This document shows, piece after piece, positions 60,481-64,000 of a stretch of 64,000 bases of DNA. The DNA comes from an uncultured Spirochaetota bacterium. GTDB taxonomy: Bacteria; Spirochaetota; Spirochaetia; SZUA-6; Fen-1364. The notes beneath the pieces were generated by a model that was not told the DNA's origin, searched no databases, and worked only from the letters and a program-made list of their open reading frames with translations. Within the stretch, counting starts at the first letter, position 1. Each line of letters starts with the position of its first letter. Location: contig CAVUXE010000029.1 in NCBI GenBank assembly GCA_963745235.1, positions 64,001 to 128,000 on the forward strand. The letters are read 5' to 3'. The position numbers were made by a program, and so were the translations under genes.

Positions 60481-61564
60481 ATGCCATCAACCGATTCAGA
60501 TAATTCAAAGCCGCTCCCAGAAGTGTCATTGCCTCTGAGTTTCAGTGCCCTTGCGATCCCGCGGACGGGAGATCCCGTGAGTCTTCAACGGAAGACCATT
60601 TCGTCCTTGGCCCCCGACGAGCTTTTCGTCCGGGTGAACTATGCTTCCATCAACAAAATGGATCCCATGTTGGCGAAGAGGAATCTCTTCCAGCTTCCTG
60701 AGCCCTACGTGTTGGGTTTCGACTTTAGCGGAGTGGTCGTCAAACGGGGGAGTGAGGGCCCTCAAGGCTTGCAGGTGGGCGATCCTGTACTCGGAAGCAT
60801 CGGCAAGGGAGGCTGTTACGCCGAGTATCTAGTCGTCAAAGGCTATCCCGATAAAATCGCAGCTCGAGGGCGTGTGCCTGCGACCGAAGCCAGCACCTTC
60901 GGGATTGCGTTTCTGACGGCGTACGAGAGCCTCATCCTGTCCGGTGACATCCAGCGGCACCAGGGCAAGTGGATCTACATTGCCGGCGCGGGCGGTGGCC
61001 TCGGGCACTTTGCGGTCCAGATGGCCAAGATCCATGGGCTCAAAGTGATTGGTTCCGCCGGGCAAGCCGGCGACGACAGACCTTTTGCATCGACTGCAGG
61101 TTGATCACGTCATCGACTATTCCAAGCAGGACGTGGTGGATGAAATCTTCAAATTGACCAAGGGACGAGGCGTCGACGTGGTCTACGACTCGACCAACTC
61201 GGCGTCGTCCTACCAACAGTCTTCGGCGGTAATTGCTTCGGGTGGGGAGTACATCCGCCTGGGAACCGCCAGGCAGTTGCAGCAATTCGGGTTGGTGGAT
61301 TTGTCCTCGGTGGTCGAAGCACGAGGGGGCAAAATGGTCATCGGCGACCTTGCACGATATACGACGGATCCCGAATTCCAGTCCCAACGAGCGAACGTAG
61401 CCAGGGGTTTGGAACAGGCCGTTCGATGGACGGAGGAAGGGAAGCTCAAGGCCGAAATCACCAAAATCGTTCCGTTTGATCCCGTGGCCTTGCAGCAAGC
61501 CTTTGAGGCTTTTTCCCGGGGCGAGATCAACGTGGGCAAGGTCGTTGTTCGGTGCTCTGAATAA
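60481..61564 (+). CDS. MDR-family (quinone oxidoreductase-like) oxidoreductase; frameshift near 61055
   Basis: VLGFDFSG, AFLTAY, GAGGGLG, VIDY, GVDVVYD, GKVVV. Confidence 0.85.
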
Positions 61565-61784
61565 GGAGGAAGTGGGTACTCCAAGCAAACACACGAGAGT
61601 CAGCGTGGTACTCAACTTCCTCGAAACCCCCCAAACTCTTTCTCAAAACCCATTCTCGCTTCGTGTTTCTCGTTTCCGGTACCCTGGGATGAGTTTCGAG
61701 AACCAGCCTTTTCCCCGATAACCTTTCATTAGTCGGAATACGAGAAATCGGGGTACGCGGTAGAATCTGACCCTCGACTCCACC

Positions 61785-61962
61785 CTACTCATCCCTGGCT
61801 CTGGGGCGCCTTCTGTACCGCGTTCGCGCGGAACGCGTACGGCGTACTCGCCGAACGGGTACTCCCGTACTCGCGTACCGCGTTCGCGCGGAACGCGTAC
61901 TCGCGTACATCCCTGTGCTCGGCGCCCCCGCGCGGCTGCGCCGCGCTACGCATCCCTGGCTT
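61785..61962. repeat. Palindrome/repeat cluster: two 26-bp hairpins, eight GTAC tetramers, three CATCCCTG motifs and copy 2 of the 46-bp repeat
   Basis: GTACCGCGTTCGCGCGGAACGCGTAC at 61815 and 61875; CATCCCTG at 61790, 61908 and 61951. Confidence 0.8.
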
Positions 61963-61989
61963 GACTTCGAGGGCTTCTCTATTTACCTT
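61961..61989 (+). promoter_or_regulatory. Candidate dnaK promoter TTGACT-N17-TACCTT
   Basis: Sigma70-like spacing, immediately after the repeat cluster. Confidence 0.45.
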
Positions 61990-62174
61990 CTTTCCAGTTG
62001 AATGTCTCCCGCAATCACAGCAATTGTAACTGGATAGTGGTTTTCCCGGGCGGCAAAAAAGCGGAAGAGCCGCGCGCCCGGTGAAGCTCCGCAAGCGACG
62101 CAGGAAGCGCCGCGGACGGGAGCGCCGGAAGCGACCAGGAGGTCGCTCGCGGGAGAGCAGTAAAGGAGAATAGA

Positions 62175-64000
62175 ATGGCGAGAGTCATCGGAATCGACCT
62201 GGGGACTTCCAACTCGGCCGCCTCCGTGATGGAAGGCGGAAGGCCCACAATCATCCCGTCGGCGGAAGGAGCGGGGGTATCCTCCGGCAAAGCGTTTCCT
62301 TCATTCGTGGCATTCACCAAGGAGGGGGAGCGGCTGGTCGGGGAGCCCGCGCGCAGGCAGGCGGCCATCAACCCGGACGGCACGATCTACGCGGCAAAGC
62401 GGAAAATGGGGACGGACTACAAGTTCAAGGCGTACGGGAAAGAGTACAGCCCCCAGCAGATCTCTGCGTTCATTCTGCAGAAGATCAAGCAGGATGCGGA
62501 GGCATACCTCGGGGACACCGTGGAAGAGGTGGTCATCACCTGTCCCGCGTACTTCGACGACAATCAGCGCACGGCGACCAAGGATGCCGGTGAGATCGCC
62601 GGCCTGAAGGTCCTGCGCATCATCAACGAGCCCACCGCGGCGTGTCTTGCGTACGGCCTGGAGAAGGCGGGCAAGGAGCTGAAGATCCTTGTGTTCGACT
62701 TCGGGGGCGGGACCCTGGACGTCACCATCATGGAGATGTGGAAGGAAGGCGGCTTCAAAGTCGTCGCCACCAGCGGGGACACCCAGCTGGGAGGCACGGA
62801 CATGGACAACACTTTCGTCGACTACGTGGTCAAAGAGTTCATGCGTCAGACCGGGCATCGACCTGAAGAAAGACACCATGGCCATGCAGAGGGTGCGGGA
62901 AGCAGCGGAGAAAGCGAAAGTGGAGCTTTCCAGCACCATGTCCACGGACATCAACCTGCCCTTCATCACCGCGGACGCGAGCGGCCCGAAGCACCTCACC
63001 ATGACGGTGAACAGGGCCAAGCTGGAGGAGCTGATCGGCCCGATCGTCCAACGCTGCCGCGTTCCCCTGGAAACCGCGCTTCGCGACGCGCGCGGGGCGT
63101 TCTCCAAGGATGGAGTGCAGTTCAACGAGACCGGCGCGGACATCGACAAGATCATCATGGTGGGCGGTCCCACGCGCATGCCCATCGTGCAGAAGTTCGT
63201 TGAGGACTTCTTCGGCAAGAAGATCGAACGTGGTGTGGACCCCATGGAGTGCGTTGCCATGGGCGCCGCCATCCAGGCGGCCATCATCAAGGGAGAGGTC
63301 AAGGACGTCCTGCTCCTGGACGTCACTCCGCTGTCCCTCGGCATCGAGACGCTGGGCGGGGTGAGCACGAAGCTCATCGAGCGCAACACCACCATCCCCA
63401 CGCGAAAGAGCGAGATCTTCTCCACCGCGGCGGACAACCAGACGGAGGTCACTATCCGCGTGCTCCAGGGCGAGCGGCCCATGGCCAACGACAACGTCGA
63501 GCTGGGCAGGTTCAACCTGGTGGGGATCCCGCCGGCGCCCCGCGGGGTGCCGCAGGTCGAGGTGTCCTTCGATATCGACGCCAACGGCATCGTGAGCGTG
63601 GCGGCCAAGGACCTGGGGACCGGCAAACAGCAGTCCATCAAGATCACGGCGCCCAAGAAGCTTTCGAAGGAAGAGATCGAGAAGATGGTGCGCCAGGCGG
63701 AGCAGTTCGCCTCGGAGGATGCCAAGCGCAAGGAAGAGGTGGAGGCCATCAACCAGGCGGACACCCTTGCGTACTCGGTGGAGAAGTCCCTCAAGGACTA
63801 CGGGGACAAGGTGAGCCAGGCCGAGCGGGCGGACATCGAAGCGAAGCTCAACGACCTGAAGTCCGCCATCAAGGAAAAGAACGTGGATCGGATCAAGAAG
63901 GGCATGGAGGAGCTCACCAAGGCGTCGCACAAGCTTGCGGAGGAAGTGTACAAGCAGGCCGCCGGGCAAGCAGGGGGCAGGGCCGCAGCAGGGCCCCGGC
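62175..64000 (+). CDS. dnaK: Hsp70 chaperone DnaK (frameshift near 62860; runs off the window edge)
   Basis: [50 protein letters not shown]. Confidence 0.96.

Noticed and set aside
61815-61900. 26-bp repeat with 34-bp spacer, resembling a mini CRISPR array
   Set aside because: Only two repeats, the spacer is built from the same GTAC hairpin motifs, and there is no leader or cas gene.
61990-62170. CIRCE or HAIR heat-shock operator before dnaK
   Set aside because: No TTAGCACTC-N9-GAGTGCTAA or CTTGAGT-N7-ACTCAAG match seen.
62301-63794. Long antisense ORFs (also 30843-33122, 34495-36093, 55868-57505 and others)
   Set aside because: Shadow frames of high-GC coding genes, with no independent motifs or RBS.

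Overview
GC-rich bacterial chromosomal window, most likely from a free-living Spirochaetia member (inferred from the ValRS and NFACT N-termini, the FlgD-Ig lipoprotein and the omptin). Many conserved genes are split by single-base indels, often in homopolymers, which points to long-read consensus error rather than real pseudogenes. The backbone carries: a Cu-efflux operon (copA-csoR-YHS); a peptide ABC transporter; a TetR/SDR module; a sulfur amino-acid and thiolation cluster (metA, DUF4395, thioredoxin, two Rrf2 regulators, metY, cysK, mnmA, ThiF/MoeB, SufS-type desulfurase); lysA, leuB, a divergent xylose isomerase, valS and rbsK; AmmeMemo A/B; pdaD with a deoxyhypusine-synthase-like gene; an FMN-binding protein / RnfD-reductase fusion module with a two-component system; NFACT, a macrodomain protein, folC, a HisD-like paralog, a GH1 glucosidase and an atypical dnaK. 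Two AT-richer accessory segments stand out. (1) About 42.7-47.45 kb holds a decayed tyrosine recombinase followed by an integron-type gene-cassette array with two clear attC sites and two degenerate ones. Every recognisable cassette is a type II toxin-antitoxin module (YefM-YoeB, AbrB-Doc, Phd-PIN, and a decayed CopG/BrnA-like antitoxin), and an IS481 element sits a few bp after the first attC. (2) About 58.8-61.96 kb holds an IS256 remnant, AraC and an MDR oxidoreductase, bracketed by copies of a CATCCYTGGCT-containing repeat and next to a GTAC-rich palindrome cluster. All calls are from motif recognition by eye; no searches were run.
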